Positions 17,093-25,429 of a DNA stretch of 64,000 nt are shown piece by piece; the stretch's first letter is position 1, and every line of letters starts with the position of its first letter. This DNA comes from a virus: IMG/VR virus record IMGVR_UViG_3300021976_000001; one strand, 5' to 3'. Position numbers and translations under genes: made by a program. The notes below the pieces were generated by a model, which did no database searches, was not told where the DNA came from, and worked only from the letters and a program-made list of their open reading frames with translations.

Positions 17093-17339
17093 GCTCAGTC
17101 GCCGCCTGACGAGACGCAACAAGGCCCGGCACCATTGCGGGCACCTCTCGCTTGCGTTCTGGCACGGCCGATCTGACAACCGTCTCAGCCATCTGCCGTT
17201 CCTCCTGCCTCCAGGCCACCCACCAAGGCGCCTGCGATCCAACATCCGTGTCCCAGTCCATCACAACCGACTCAGGCAAGTGACGATCAACCCGGCAAAC
17301 ACCAGACCCACGCTCACGTTGATGGCAATGGCTTCCCAC
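17085..17339 (-). CDS. hypothetical ORF (84 aa), doubtful
   Basis: ORF track only. GTG start without an RBS. Confidence 0.3.
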   Translation of the reverse strand: MGSHCHQRERGSGVCRVDRHLPESVVMDWDTDVGSQAPWWVAWRQEERQMAETVVRSAVPERKREVPAMVPGLVASRQAATERA

Positions 17340-17342
17340 AGA

Positions 17343-17561
17343 CTAGCCAGCATTGTCTCTGGCTCCCTTCGCCTCCGCATACATGGTCATGAACTCGGCA
17401 GTGTGCGGGTAGCCACGCACATCCAGCGTGGTTGTGAAGGTCCACCGCCTGGCATTCTGGCTGGTTCGCCACAACCAGCCCACCCGCTCCATGCCCTTGA
17501 AGTAACCGTTGCAGTTCTTGGCAGCCTCGGGATTCGTATGAATGTGCAAGCTGGGTTTCAT
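17343..17561 (-). CDS. hypothetical protein (72 aa)
   Basis: ORF track. Confidence 0.5.
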   Translation of the reverse strand: MKPSLHIHTNPEAAKNCNGYFKGMERVGWLWRTSQNARRWTFTTTLDVRGYPHTAEFMTMYAEAKGARDNAG

Positions 17562-17740
17562 GTACTGACCACCTTTCTTCCTCGCATAACGATCTTCTTG
17601 CGCTTGCTAACGGGCTTCGCACTTTCGCAAGGTCCACACGTGTCGGTCTTGTTGTAGACGCTGAGGATAGTGCCGCATGCGCACCTGCGCCCAGCCGGCA
17701 TCAACTGCCTACCGCTGCCCTCTTCCCTGATCTTGGTCAT
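17558..17740 (-). CDS. small zinc-ribbon protein (60 aa)
   Basis: CACGT...CGPC motif pair. Confidence 0.5.
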   Translation of the reverse strand: MTKIREEGSGRQLMPAGRRCACGTILSVYNKTDTCGPCESAKPVSKRKKIVMRGRKVVST

Positions 17741-18393
17741 ACACCCTTCACCTTGCGAATCATGGCGCTGTCGCCACGCTCCGGTACGTTCTCAATGTTG
17801 TGGCACCAGCAGCCGCACACGTTGGTGCAGTTGCCCGGACACTCAGGCCAATGAGATCTGAGAACAGACTTAGGCCAGTGAGATCTAAGAACCTTCTCTG
17901 CCTGAGCTACCTGCTCCGCATCGCCCTGCCACCCCTCACCGTCGTCGTGGGTAACAATGGCCACAGGTGCTTGCGGCGGAAGTCTGGTGGCGTCGTGACG
18001 CACCATCAAGGGGCTCATAGCACGAGCCTGGTCCAGTGCCTGCTCGGAAAAGACCAAGGCGGCACGCACCTTGTCGTAATCCTTACGCAGGGAATGAATG
18101 AGATCCAAGGCCCGGCGATATCCCGCTGCTGCTTCGTCCTCAGTACCGTACGTGTGCTCTCGCTTGTCAGCCTCGGCCTGTAGCCAGTCGGTGACGTTGC
18201 CCTGCCGGTAGTCCAACACCGCCTTTCGCATAGTGGGAACGTCAATGAAGTCCAGCTCGTTCACCATTCTAAATCGGGCAACCTCCACCACCTCACCCTC
18301 ACTAGTATGAATGCGAACGGATACCCCTGGATTCACCTTTTCAATACTGATGCCGTACACCTTGTACGGCTCTGTCGTGTGCTCTTCTGTCAT
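17737..18393 (-). CDS. hypothetical protein (~218 aa) with Cys-rich C-terminus
   Basis: Start at MTEEHTT after AGGAG. Contains a duplicated VLRSHWP segment. C-terminus is CPGNCTNVCGCWCH. Confidence 0.55.
   Translation of the reverse strand: MTEEHTTEPYKVYGISIEKVNPGVSVRIHTSEGEVVEVARFRMVNELDFIDVPTMRKAVLDYRQGNVTDWLQAEADKREHTYGTEDEAAAGYRRALDLIHSLRKDYDKVRAALVFSEQALDQARAMSPLMVRHDATRLPPQAPVAIVTHDDGEGWQGDAEQVAQAEKVLRSHWPKSVLRSHWPECPGNCTNVCGCWCHNIENVPERGDSAMIRKVKGV
17846..17899. repeat. 2 x 27-bp in-frame tandem duplication
   Basis: GGCCAATGAGATCTGAGAAC... is followed by GGCCAGTGAGATCTAAGAAC.... Confidence 0.7.
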
Positions 18394-18401
18394 ACTCGCT
18401 C

Positions 18402-18584
18402 CTATGGACCGTATTGATCCCAATGAGCCAGTCCATGCACCCGGGCAGCGTTGGTGCCCAGATCGCTGGCTATCCGCTTGACCATGCCATGTCGCTTCTT
18501 AGGACCCAGCTGCATCCACTGCTGTTGCAGCCGTTGGTACTTGACATGCGCCCGGATAGCGTCGTTCTCTACTGTGTCTGGCAT
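18402..18584 (-). CDS. hypothetical protein (60 aa)
   Basis: ORF track. Confidence 0.45.
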   Translation of the reverse strand: MPDTVENDAIRAHVKYQRLQQQWMQLGPKKRHGMVKRIASDLGTNAARVHGLAHWDQYGP

Positions 18585-18590
18585 TAACCC

Positions 18591-18755
18591 TCAGTTCGCA
18601 CTCAGGACCGGCTTACCTTCTGCCTGCATGCGTGCGATCAACTTGCTTCGCACATCGTCCGGGCAGATCACCGCACATTCCATCAGGTGCAGCCAGCCCT
18701 TGTCGTCCTGCCACAACGTACAACCACACGGATGATTGACTTTCACATTGGCCAT
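18591..18755 (-). CDS. small Cys-containing protein (~54 aa)
   Basis: Start at MANVKVNHPCGC after GGGAGG; the ORF extends to 18833. Confidence 0.45.
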   Translation of the reverse strand: MANVKVNHPCGCTLWQDDKGWLHLMECAVICPDDVRSKLIARMQAEGKPVLSAN

Positions 18756-18802
18756 CACAGCCTTAGCCTCCCATGTCCACTGTCCAGATGCAACGCAAGA
18801 AC

Positions 18803-19042
18803 CTACCCACGTTCTTTCACCTTCTTCAACCACTTATCCAAGCCAATCAGCTCATCGCTCTCTCGGTCCCAGCCAAACCAATCACCATTTCCTGTCAAGA
18901 GCGCTGCTTCAGCAGCGATCACACAACCAGCACACTTCTCCTCATAGCACGTGTACTGACTATGTGGAGACTCAGGATGTTCACAGGCCCAATACAGGCC
19001 AATGGAACGATCGTGTTCGGTCATACCTTCATGGATCGCCAT
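18803..19042 (-). CDS. hypothetical protein (79 aa)
   Basis: ORF track. Confidence 0.5.
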   Translation of the reverse strand: MAIHEGMTEHDRSIGLYWACEHPESPHSQYTCYEEKCAGCVIAAEAALLTGNGDWFGWDRESDELIGLDKWLKKVKERG

Positions 19043-19251
19043 CTGACTTCTCCGGGTAGTGGATAGCGCCTGCGTCCTTCGCCACGGCTCGTCAGCACAA
19101 TACAGACAAGCGTCGCCTTGGACAAACGTGGATGTCCCTTATGAAACCAGCGCAGCCATCGTCTTTCTCTTTCGCTCATGTGCTTTATCTGAGCACTGAC
19201 GAAGTGCCTACGACGCTTAGCCTCAAGACTTCTGGTAGTGCTCTTAGTCAT
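19021..19251 (-). CDS. basic hypothetical protein (76 aa)
   Basis: ORF track. Confidence 0.45.
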   Translation of the reverse strand: MTKSTTRSLEAKRRRHFVSAQIKHMSERERRWLRWFHKGHPRLSKATLVCIVLTSRGEGRRRYPLPGEVRWRSMKV

Positions 19252-19766
19252 TCATTGTCCTCAAAAGGATTCTCCCACTCTTCCGAGTTAACATCTATCA
19301 CATCACGGACTACGATTGCCTTTGTGACGCCTTCCTTCTCCCACACCGACTTCTCTATGGTCTGCAGCTCTACTCGTTGTGGATTCATACCAAGGATCCT
19401 ATTGAGTATCCCTTCGCACACACGAACACGAACCACATCCACCTCTACACCCTCAACACCAGAAGCAACATCACTGAGATACTTCACTGCCGGCTCAAGC
19501 GCTGCATTCAGATCCTTGATCGCATGAGTGCTCATCCTCTTGTTCAGCTCATGCAACAAAGCGAGAGGGATCACCTTCGGAGGCTGACCCGTGAAACGTC
19601 CATTCCTATCGTAGTTCTGACCCCTGATCAACTCGTCATTGGACCAATCAGAGTAGTCAGGGTTGTTGAGAAGCTCTTGTGTCTTCTTTCCGATTTGAAT
19701 GTGCTGAGTCACCTTCTTAACCGGTTTGGCACGACGTTTTCTCGTCACTGATTCACGTACTGTCAC
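19248..19766 (-). CDS. hypothetical protein (172 aa), basic N-terminus
   Basis: ORF track. Confidence 0.55.
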   Translation of the reverse strand: MTVRESVTRKRRAKPVKKVTQHIQIGKKTQELLNNPDYSDWSNDELIRGQNYDRNGRFTGQPPKVIPLALLHELNKRMSTHAIKDLNAALEPAVKYLSDVASGVEGVEVDVVRVRVCEGILNRILGMNPQRVELQTIEKSVWEKEGVTKAIVVRDVIDVNSEEWENPFEDNE

Positions 19767-19916
19767 GTATTAATCCCTTCTTGAGGAGATGAGTGCTGAA
19801 GACACACAAGATCAACGATTACATCCCATCCTCCACGAGGATCTAGAGTCTTACTCAAAGGACGCTCACAACTTGCCACGTTCCTACACCCCTTCTCCGC
19901 ACAGTAGAACCCAGCT

Positions 19917-20129
19917 TCAAGCAATTTCATAGCCCAGTGCCTCTATGATCCGATGTCTCATGTTGGACAACTGACCCTCTAAACCAAGCATCTCATCAAT
20001 GTCGGTTTGTAGCCAGCAATTGCATCCGCACTGCTGTTCTTCCTCATCAGAGTACGAAGCCCAGTAACCCCTATCCAAGCACTTCTCGTGCCTTTCACGG
20101 ACACATCTAGAACACGGTTCTAGTGCCAT
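19917..20129 (-). CDS. small Cys-rich protein (~70 aa)
   Basis: Start at MALEPCSRC. The ORF upstream of this start is AT-rich with atypical codons and probably non-coding. Confidence 0.45.
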   Translation of the reverse strand: MALEPCSRCVRERHEKCLDRGYWASYSDEEEQQCGCNCWLQTDIDEMLGLEGQLSNMRHRIIEALGYEIA

Positions 20130-20179
20130 ACATTCACGACCTTTCGTTGGCAATCCTAACCCCACTAACCGTGAGTTCT

Positions 20180-20226
20180 GGTCTCTAGCTATTTGGTAAT
20201 CATTACCATTTATAGTACTAGAGACC
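20180..20226. repeat. nested inverted repeat in an AT-rich intergenic region
   Basis: GGTCTCTAG...CTAGAGACC are 9-bp arms enclosing GGTAAT-C-ATTACC. Confidence 0.7.
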
Positions 20227-20337
20227 CTAGAGCTCATAGTAGTTACCCATGAGCATGGGCGAGCAGTGGTCCCGTAGATGGTAATCACAACCAAAACCCG
20301 AACCAGGTTACCCCAGAGCTCACGGTGCTCATAGTGC

Positions 20338-22353
20338 TCACACCTTACCCTGGATTTGCACCTTGGAAGACCCCTGAGCTGTGGGTTCCCTCCAGATCCA
20401 TTCCTTAATAGTTCCATCGTCAGCACGCTTGCGCTCCACCACAAGACCCATCTTCTTGGCGGCACGTTGTGCTGTCTGGCGAGAGATGCCTAATTCGGCC
20501 CGACAAGCCTCCACAGCAACCCTCGCAGGCACCGATCTGGGGTCGGTCCCGGAATCAACCAGTAATGAGTCTATGATAATGACAGCATGATCACGATCTG
20601 GAGAATCTTCACGAGCATCAGGCCCACGTAGCATGGTGCGGGCATCCAAATCTACCGAACCCTCCCACGCAATCACAGGCTGCCGAGCATTAGTAGGAGA
20701 AGCAATTACCCGGTACGATAGTGATGGACGAGAAAGAGCTAGGTTCTTCTTTGCCTGCGCCATCACCAAAAGACTCTCATCCTGAGGATGCGTACCAAAC
20801 TGCAACGCCGCTCGTGCCGCCGCATAGAAAGCGATGGATCCTCCACCTCTGTACTTCGGATTGGTTTCCGAGCTGTTCTTGTTCAGGTGCCGTACCATCA
20901 CAAACGCAGCATTGGTCTCACGAGCCATCTCAGCAAGCGGCGACGTCACCCTACGTACAGAGGCTTCGTTATGTGAATTGACTTGCTCAGACAGGTACGA
21001 AGTCACAGGATCCACCACCACAAGGCATTCAGACATCTCAGTGCGAATCTTCAGGGCATCTATAGCTCCACGTATAAAGTCCAGATCATCAGGAATATAG
21101 AAAGGCACGATAGTACCACTCTCATCCTTCTCCACAAATACAGCCCCAACCTTGCTACGATCAGCGCCAGCCGCCTGCAAACGAGGACCAATCGTATCCT
21201 CGTAATCGTCCTCATCACATATCAACAACACACAGCACGCAGGAGCAGGAGCACCGTCGGGCAACTTCCCACCGCACGATACCCGAGCTGAAAGATCCAA
21301 CGTGAACAACGACTTACCCGTTTCGGGGTCGCCCTCCACAGAAGTCAATTTCCCGAAGGGGATGTACTGGTCCCACAACCACGTGACATCCCGCATCTCT
21401 AGTTCATCCATCATCTGAATACGGAAATGCCCAGCAGCCGCTGGAGCCGCACTGAACACACCTGGCTTCCACCCAGCAGGCGCTTCCCCATCCAACGCAG
21501 ACCGGAGCGTATCCATGGCCTGGTCCAGACCATAGGGTTTGTGGTTGCCTTCTGAATCCTCGTCTGGGCAATCCTCTACAAACAGCCGCATTGCCTGCTC
21601 AGCAACCGCACGGGGTACATCACGCAACTGAAGGGCAAACTTGTACGCAACAGCCTCTCGGCCATTGTGCTTGTGCCCATCCTGCACGTCTCTGTACAGA
21701 TAATCTTTGCCCCACTGCGCACACTGGGCGGCCGTCCAACCCGATTCTTTCTCGTTGGGTTGACTACTACCGTTACTCGTGATCTTGGTGGAGATAGCCA
21801 CGGTGACATCGTTGAATTGCCCCTTGGCCAGAGTCCCACCGTTGTCAAGATGCTCTGTAATGTCTTTGCCGCCATTGCACTCCAGTACCCGCACCCTGCA
21901 AGTGTTCTTCAAAAAGTGATATGCCCGCTTGGCATTGGTTCTACCAACGTCGTCCTTGTCGGCAATGACGACCACAGACCCAACACCCTGGAAAAATTCA
22001 ATCCAATCTTTCTGAAACACTCCAGAAGCACTGCGATGACAGCTAGCTACATATCCCCTTTCGGCAAGAGTGTCAGCATCCTTCTCACCCTCCACCAGAT
22101 ACACACGCTTGCCGGCATCACGAGCCTCAACCAGTTCTTGCAACCGATAGGGAATCCGACGCCGGCTGCCTAGTTGATAGACGTACCGACCGCTGCCCTT
22201 CTTCTTCCTGCGTGGCCTGAACGACTTGTGCTTCCCGTTGCGGCCCGGCTCCCAGCGTTCAACTTCATATTGTAGTTTTCCGTGTTCGTCTCTGTAGGGG
22301 TAAACCGCCACCAATTGACTTGTTGTAGCTGTAGTGGGTCTGCTACGTTGCAT
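20338..22353 (-). CDS. primase/helicase-like protein (Toprim domain plus RecA/DnaB-like ATPase)
   Basis: VYLVEGEKDADTL is a Toprim motif. GDPETGKS is a Walker A and VLLICDEDD a Walker B. Start at MQRSRP after AGGAGG; the ORF extends to 22383. Confidence 0.8.
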   Translation of the reverse strand: MQRSRPTTATTSQLVAVYPYRDEHGKLQYEVERWEPGRNGKHKSFRPRRKKKGSGRYVYQLGSRRRIPYRLQELVEARDAGKRVYLVEGEKDADTLAERGYVASCHRSASGVFQKDWIEFFQGVGSVVVIADKDDVGRTNAKRAYHFLKNTCRVRVLECNGGKDITEHLDNGGTLAKGQFNDVTVAISTKITSNGSSQPNEKESGWTAAQCAQWGKDYLYRDVQDGHKHNGREAVAYKFALQLRDVPRAVAEQAMRLFVEDCPDEDSEGNHKPYGLDQAMDTLRSALDGEAPAGWKPGVFSAAPAAAGHFRIQMMDELEMRDVTWLWDQYIPFGKLTSVEGDPETGKSLFTLDLSARVSCGGKLPDGAPAPACCVLLICDEDDYEDTIGPRLQAAGADRSKVGAVFVEKDESGTIVPFYIPDDLDFIRGAIDALKIRTEMSECLVVVDPVTSYLSEQVNSHNEASVRRVTSPLAEMARETNAAFVMVRHLNKNSSETNPKYRGGGSIAFYAAARAALQFGTHPQDESLLVMAQAKKNLALSRPSLSYRVIASPTNARQPVIAWEGSVDLDARTMLRGPDAREDSPDRDHAVIIIDSLLVDSGTDPRSVPARVAVEACRAELGISRQTAQRAAKKMGLVVERKRADDGTIKEWIWREPTAQGSSKVQIQGKV

Positions 22354-22639
22354 GTTTGACGACCACCTCCTGAGGGCGGGCACTCATTGGCTGCGACGCT
22401 TAGAGTGTCCGCCCTTTTGCATGGGCTGGGGCCACGCAGGGTACCGCTAGCCCGCTGCCCTGACCATCGTGACGTGATATTCCACGTTAGGCAGTAGCGG
22501 CAGCCTTCTACCCGCTAGGGCACAACACCCGCCACCCGCCTAACAACCGCTCAGAATCCCTCAGTAGACGCCTGCTGCATGAGATGGGGTAGGCACATCC
22601 ACCAGCGCCCACACCCATCTCAGCGGCAGCAGCGGGCGA

Positions 22640-23221
22640 TCAGTGCTGTATCAGGACAGATCCAGCAACTGCTAAGGTCAGAGTCAAGAAACTGGCGATA
22701 CGACCGCCCGCCATGTTCGCTGCTGCCTGCGTGGCTTTCCGCCGTACGGCGCCCTTGCCCTTGCCACGGCTTCTCGGTGGAGGACCGCCCCGTGGTGCGC
22801 CCGCAGGTGCCGCCGTACCCGGCCAAGGGAACACAGGCACACCTTCGGTGTCTCCGGCTGTCAACGCCACAGGCCCCGTCACGGCGGGTACACCTTGCGG
22901 CGGGCTGGGCCAGTCGGCCAGGGGGACACCACTACGGCGACTGTCTTCAGCGTGGGTTGGATCCTGCTGGAACATCGCCTCCAACGCAGGATCAACATGT
23001 GCTGGGTTGATCACCTTCTGCTGACCGGTGGTCAGCTTCTCCTCGGAATCGTGCGCCCGCTTCAGGTGAGGAGCTTGGCAGTCGGGGCAGTAGTGGAGGG
23101 TCTTCTGATAGTTCGTGGCGGGGATGGTCATCACCGCAGTCGCCCACCTAGGCGACTCTTCGTCTTCCACGAAGATCTTGCGACCACAATCAGTGCACTT
23201 CAACCCTGATATTTCAGCCAT
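22640..23221 (-). CDS. zinc-ribbon protein with Pro/Gly/Ala-rich C-terminal half (193 aa)
   Basis: CTDCGR...CPDCQ motif pair. Confidence 0.55.
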   Translation of the reverse strand: MAEISGLKCTDCGRKIFVEDEESPRWATAVMTIPATNYQKTLHYCPDCQAPHLKRAHDSEEKLTTGQQKVINPAHVDPALEAMFQQDPTHAEDSRRSGVPLADWPSPPQGVPAVTGPVALTAGDTEGVPVFPWPGTAAPAGAPRGGPPPRSRGKGKGAVRRKATQAAANMAGGRIASFLTLTLAVAGSVLIQH

Positions 23222-23337
23222 CTAAACTCGCCTTTCAGTTAGGGGGAGAACTTCTCCCTTGTCCTGCGTTGCGATCTTTGGGCTTGTTCTGGCGCAAGCC
23301 CGTCATCCTCCCATGCCATTGGGCACGGGGCAACCAC

Positions 23338-23469
23338 TCAAACGCCCAAACCCCAGAAGAACGTCCTGACTCCTAGTCCGATCAGATACATCATCACCGG
23401 CAGAAGCAGAAAGAAAAGGATCACGGTAGTTGCTATAACTGCGATCTTGTTGTCTGTTTCACTTGTCAT
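23338..23469 (-). CDS. small membrane peptide (43 aa)
   Basis: Hand-translated MTSETDNKIAVIATTVILFFLLLPVMMYLIGLGVRTFFWGLGV. Confidence 0.4.
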   Translation of the reverse strand: MTSETDNKIAVIATTVILFFLLLPVMMYLIGLGVRTFFWGLGV

Positions 23470-23662
23470 TTTCATCTCCAGTGGTGCAGTGGTCGTAGCG
23501 CTGGGAAACTTGGACTTCGTAGTGCTCCTGAAGCCAGCAGGTGGAGTGCCGAAGAATTTCTATCTCTCCTCGGACATGACCCAGCTGATAAGCGAAGAAT
23601 GCTACCACAACTATCAAGAGCATCCGGGCTATCAGCATCAGTACGGCTTTATCAGTGTCCAT
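23459..23662 (-). CDS. small membrane protein (67 aa)
   Basis: Start at MDTDKAVLMLIARMLLIVVVAFFAY in a TGATG overlap. Confidence 0.5.
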   Translation of the reverse strand: MDTDKAVLMLIARMLLIVVVAFFAYQLGHVRGEIEILRHSTCWLQEHYEVQVSQRYDHCTTGDENDK

Positions 23663-24027
23663 CAGCTGTTGCATTCCACCATTGCTTCTAAAGTGGGGGC
23701 CTCTTCCACACAGCTGAGCTGGTTCATGGCGTCGTTGTACATGGTGTACAGGCCCAAGGTGCACAGCAGCCCCAGCACGCCGCCGACCAGGCCGCCAAAG
23801 ACCAGGCCCTTACGGGGTGTGTGGTGCTTCATGGCGTGGATGGCCATGCCGACAGCAAGAGCGGACGGCACCAGCGGGAAGTACCAGTTGATAGCTGACG
23901 CACCCAATCCAAACAGCAGGCCCACCATGCCGCACACAAACGCCCAGCCGCTGTAGTCGGTACCGACGGGCTCCTTGTTGAACTCGTGTGCAGGCTGGGG
24001 CGGAGCATTCCAATTAGTCTCAGTCAT
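23662..24027 (-). CDS. multi-pass membrane protein (121 aa)
   Basis: Several hydrophobic Gly-rich segments. Confidence 0.6.
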   Translation of the reverse strand: MTETNWNAPPQPAHEFNKEPVGTDYSGWAFVCGMVGLLFGLGASAINWYFPLVPSALAVGMAIHAMKHHTPRKGLVFGGLVGGVLGLLCTLGLYTMYNDAMNQLSCVEEAPTLEAMVECNS

Positions 24028-24045
24028 TTTCTTTCCTCTGATTTG

Positions 24046-24207
24046 TTAGTGACTTGCGTGGTCCGTGCCACTGACGCACTTCTGTGTGTCCATAACGTAG
24101 ACCTCTCCGGAACTACAGGAGATATCTTGATTGGTGAGGCTGACCGTGAGAGCTCCACCGAAGAAGCTGACCACACAGGCCAGTATTGCGAGAGGGATGG
24201 CTCTCAT
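24046..24207 (-). CDS. small secreted/lipoprotein candidate (~53 aa)
   Basis: Start at MRAIPLAILAC (lipobox-like ILAC) in an ATGA overlap; the ORF extends to 24249. Confidence 0.45.
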   Translation of the reverse strand: MRAIPLAILACVVSFFGGALTVSLTNQDISCSSGEVYVMDTQKCVSGTDHASH

Positions 24208-24395
24208 TTGGTGTCCATCTCGTCGTTGCCCCAGTTGTAAACCAGGCAAATTCCAAGTCCACTGACGATGACGGTAGTCACCGCTGCTGTCTGCGACCAG
24301 TGCTCACTGTCGTGCCATATCCCGAGAAGAACACACACCACAGGCACCACCGCTAGAACGATCCATCCCACTAGAAGCTTCGTTCTCAACATCAC
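24204..24395 (-). CDS. small membrane protein (63 aa)
   Basis: Two hydrophobic segments. Confidence 0.5.
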   Translation of the reverse strand: MMLRTKLLVGWIVLAVVPVVCVLLGIWHDSEHWSQTAAVTTVIVSGLGICLVYNWGNDEMDTK

Positions 24396-24595
24396 GCTTC
24401 ACCCCGGATGCGCTTGCGCCGTGCCGTCTCACGTTTGGTCAGCTTGGCCAGGTACTGCAACGACCCGAGAGTGGGGCGGTCTGGGTCGTCCTCGTGTTCC
24501 TTCGGAATCCTGTGCTGGCAGTACACGGTACCGTCGGGCCTACGAGCTACAACCGGCACGCTCTTACTGGGCTTGCTCAATGAGTCATCTCCCAT
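24392..24595 (-). CDS. hypothetical basic protein (67 aa)
   Basis: ORF track. Confidence 0.5.
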   Translation of the reverse strand: MGDDSLSKPSKSVPVVARRPDGTVYCQHRIPKEHEDDPDRPTLGSLQYLAKLTKRETARRKRIRGEA

Positions 24596-24741
24596 TTGAT
24601 AGTCTCAGACATGGCTGTCAGCCACGCCATCGCCTTGCGATATCGGAAGAAGCGAACCACGAAGTTCCACTTAGGAGTGTACACGTATAGGTTGAATGTC
24701 TTGCTGTACTCGTCTTCCAGAGACAGAACGACCCGACTCAC
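24577..24741 (-). CDS. hypothetical protein (~54 aa)
   Basis: GTG start in a GTGA overlap with the upstream zinc-finger gene; the ORF extends to 24831. Confidence 0.4.
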   Translation of the reverse strand: MSRVVLSLEDEYSKTFNLYVYTPKWNFVVRFFRYRKAMAWLTAMSETIKWEMTH

Positions 24742-24947
24742 GCTGTCTTCTTCTCGTGCTCTGGGCACGGTGTTTCGTAATGGTCTGAAACGGTACCACA
24801 ATCCGGACAGAAGTGAGAGTCCAGATTGCACCTACGACAACACCATTCACATCCATCGTCCGATGCGTGGTTGCACCTGTCGGGCCGGTACTCCTCGCCC
24901 TTGTCACCCCAGGCCATCAGTTGCCTCCACGAATAGACCAGCCTCAA
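24738..24947 (-). CDS. Cys-rich zinc-finger protein (69 aa)
   Basis: CEWCCRRC...CPDC...CPEH. Confidence 0.5.
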   Translation of the reverse strand: MRLVYSWRQLMAWGDKGEEYRPDRCNHASDDGCEWCCRRCNLDSHFCPDCGTVSDHYETPCPEHEKKTA

Positions 24948-25149
24948 GAGCTACCTCAAACGAGCGGTGCACCACCGGAACCCAATCTCCACGATGGCAG
25001 TTCTCGCACACGTTGGCCATCTTCATAACCGACTCACCAGATGGGAACTGCGGATGGAATGAGATACCATCACTATCCAGTACGGTCTCAAAACGCAAAG
25101 TGGCCTGATACCACTTGTCGTTGTACTTGAACTTGTGTGAGTTAGGCAC
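24904..25149 (-). CDS. hypothetical protein (81 aa)
   Basis: ORF track; contains CENCH. Confidence 0.5.
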   Translation of the reverse strand: MPNSHKFKYNDKWYQATLRFETVLDSDGISFHPQFPSGESVMKMANVCENCHRGDWVPVVHRSFEVALEAGLFVEATDGLG

Positions 25150-25429
25150 GTGCCGCTCCTGTATCTGCTATTCCAAAGGTTTCCAGGTCCTCATAGAAGA
25201 CCTCCAGAGGATAGCGGTTATCCACCACCTTGATGGTGTAGACCTCGCCCACTTCGTTACGAAGATGAGGACTATGGAAAGCCAGCACCACTTCGCCATT
25301 GCAGACCAGCTCCAGCGTGACACCAGGTTGCTGGATCCTGACGAGAGCCAGATTCTTCCAGTCGTCCATCAGGTGTAGTGCCGGCTCGCCCTCTTGCGGC
25401 ACTAGACGGAGTAGCCAGCGCCTATGCAC
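25142..25429 (-). CDS. hypothetical protein (~95 aa)
   Basis: GTG start just before the ThyX stop is proposed. Ends in GAARA, the same as ThyX. Confidence 0.45.
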   Translation of the reverse strand: MHRRWLLRLVPQEGEPALHLMDDWKNLALVRIQQPGVTLELVCNGEVVLAFHSPHLRNEVGEVYTIKVVDNRYPLEVFYEDLETFGIADTGAARA

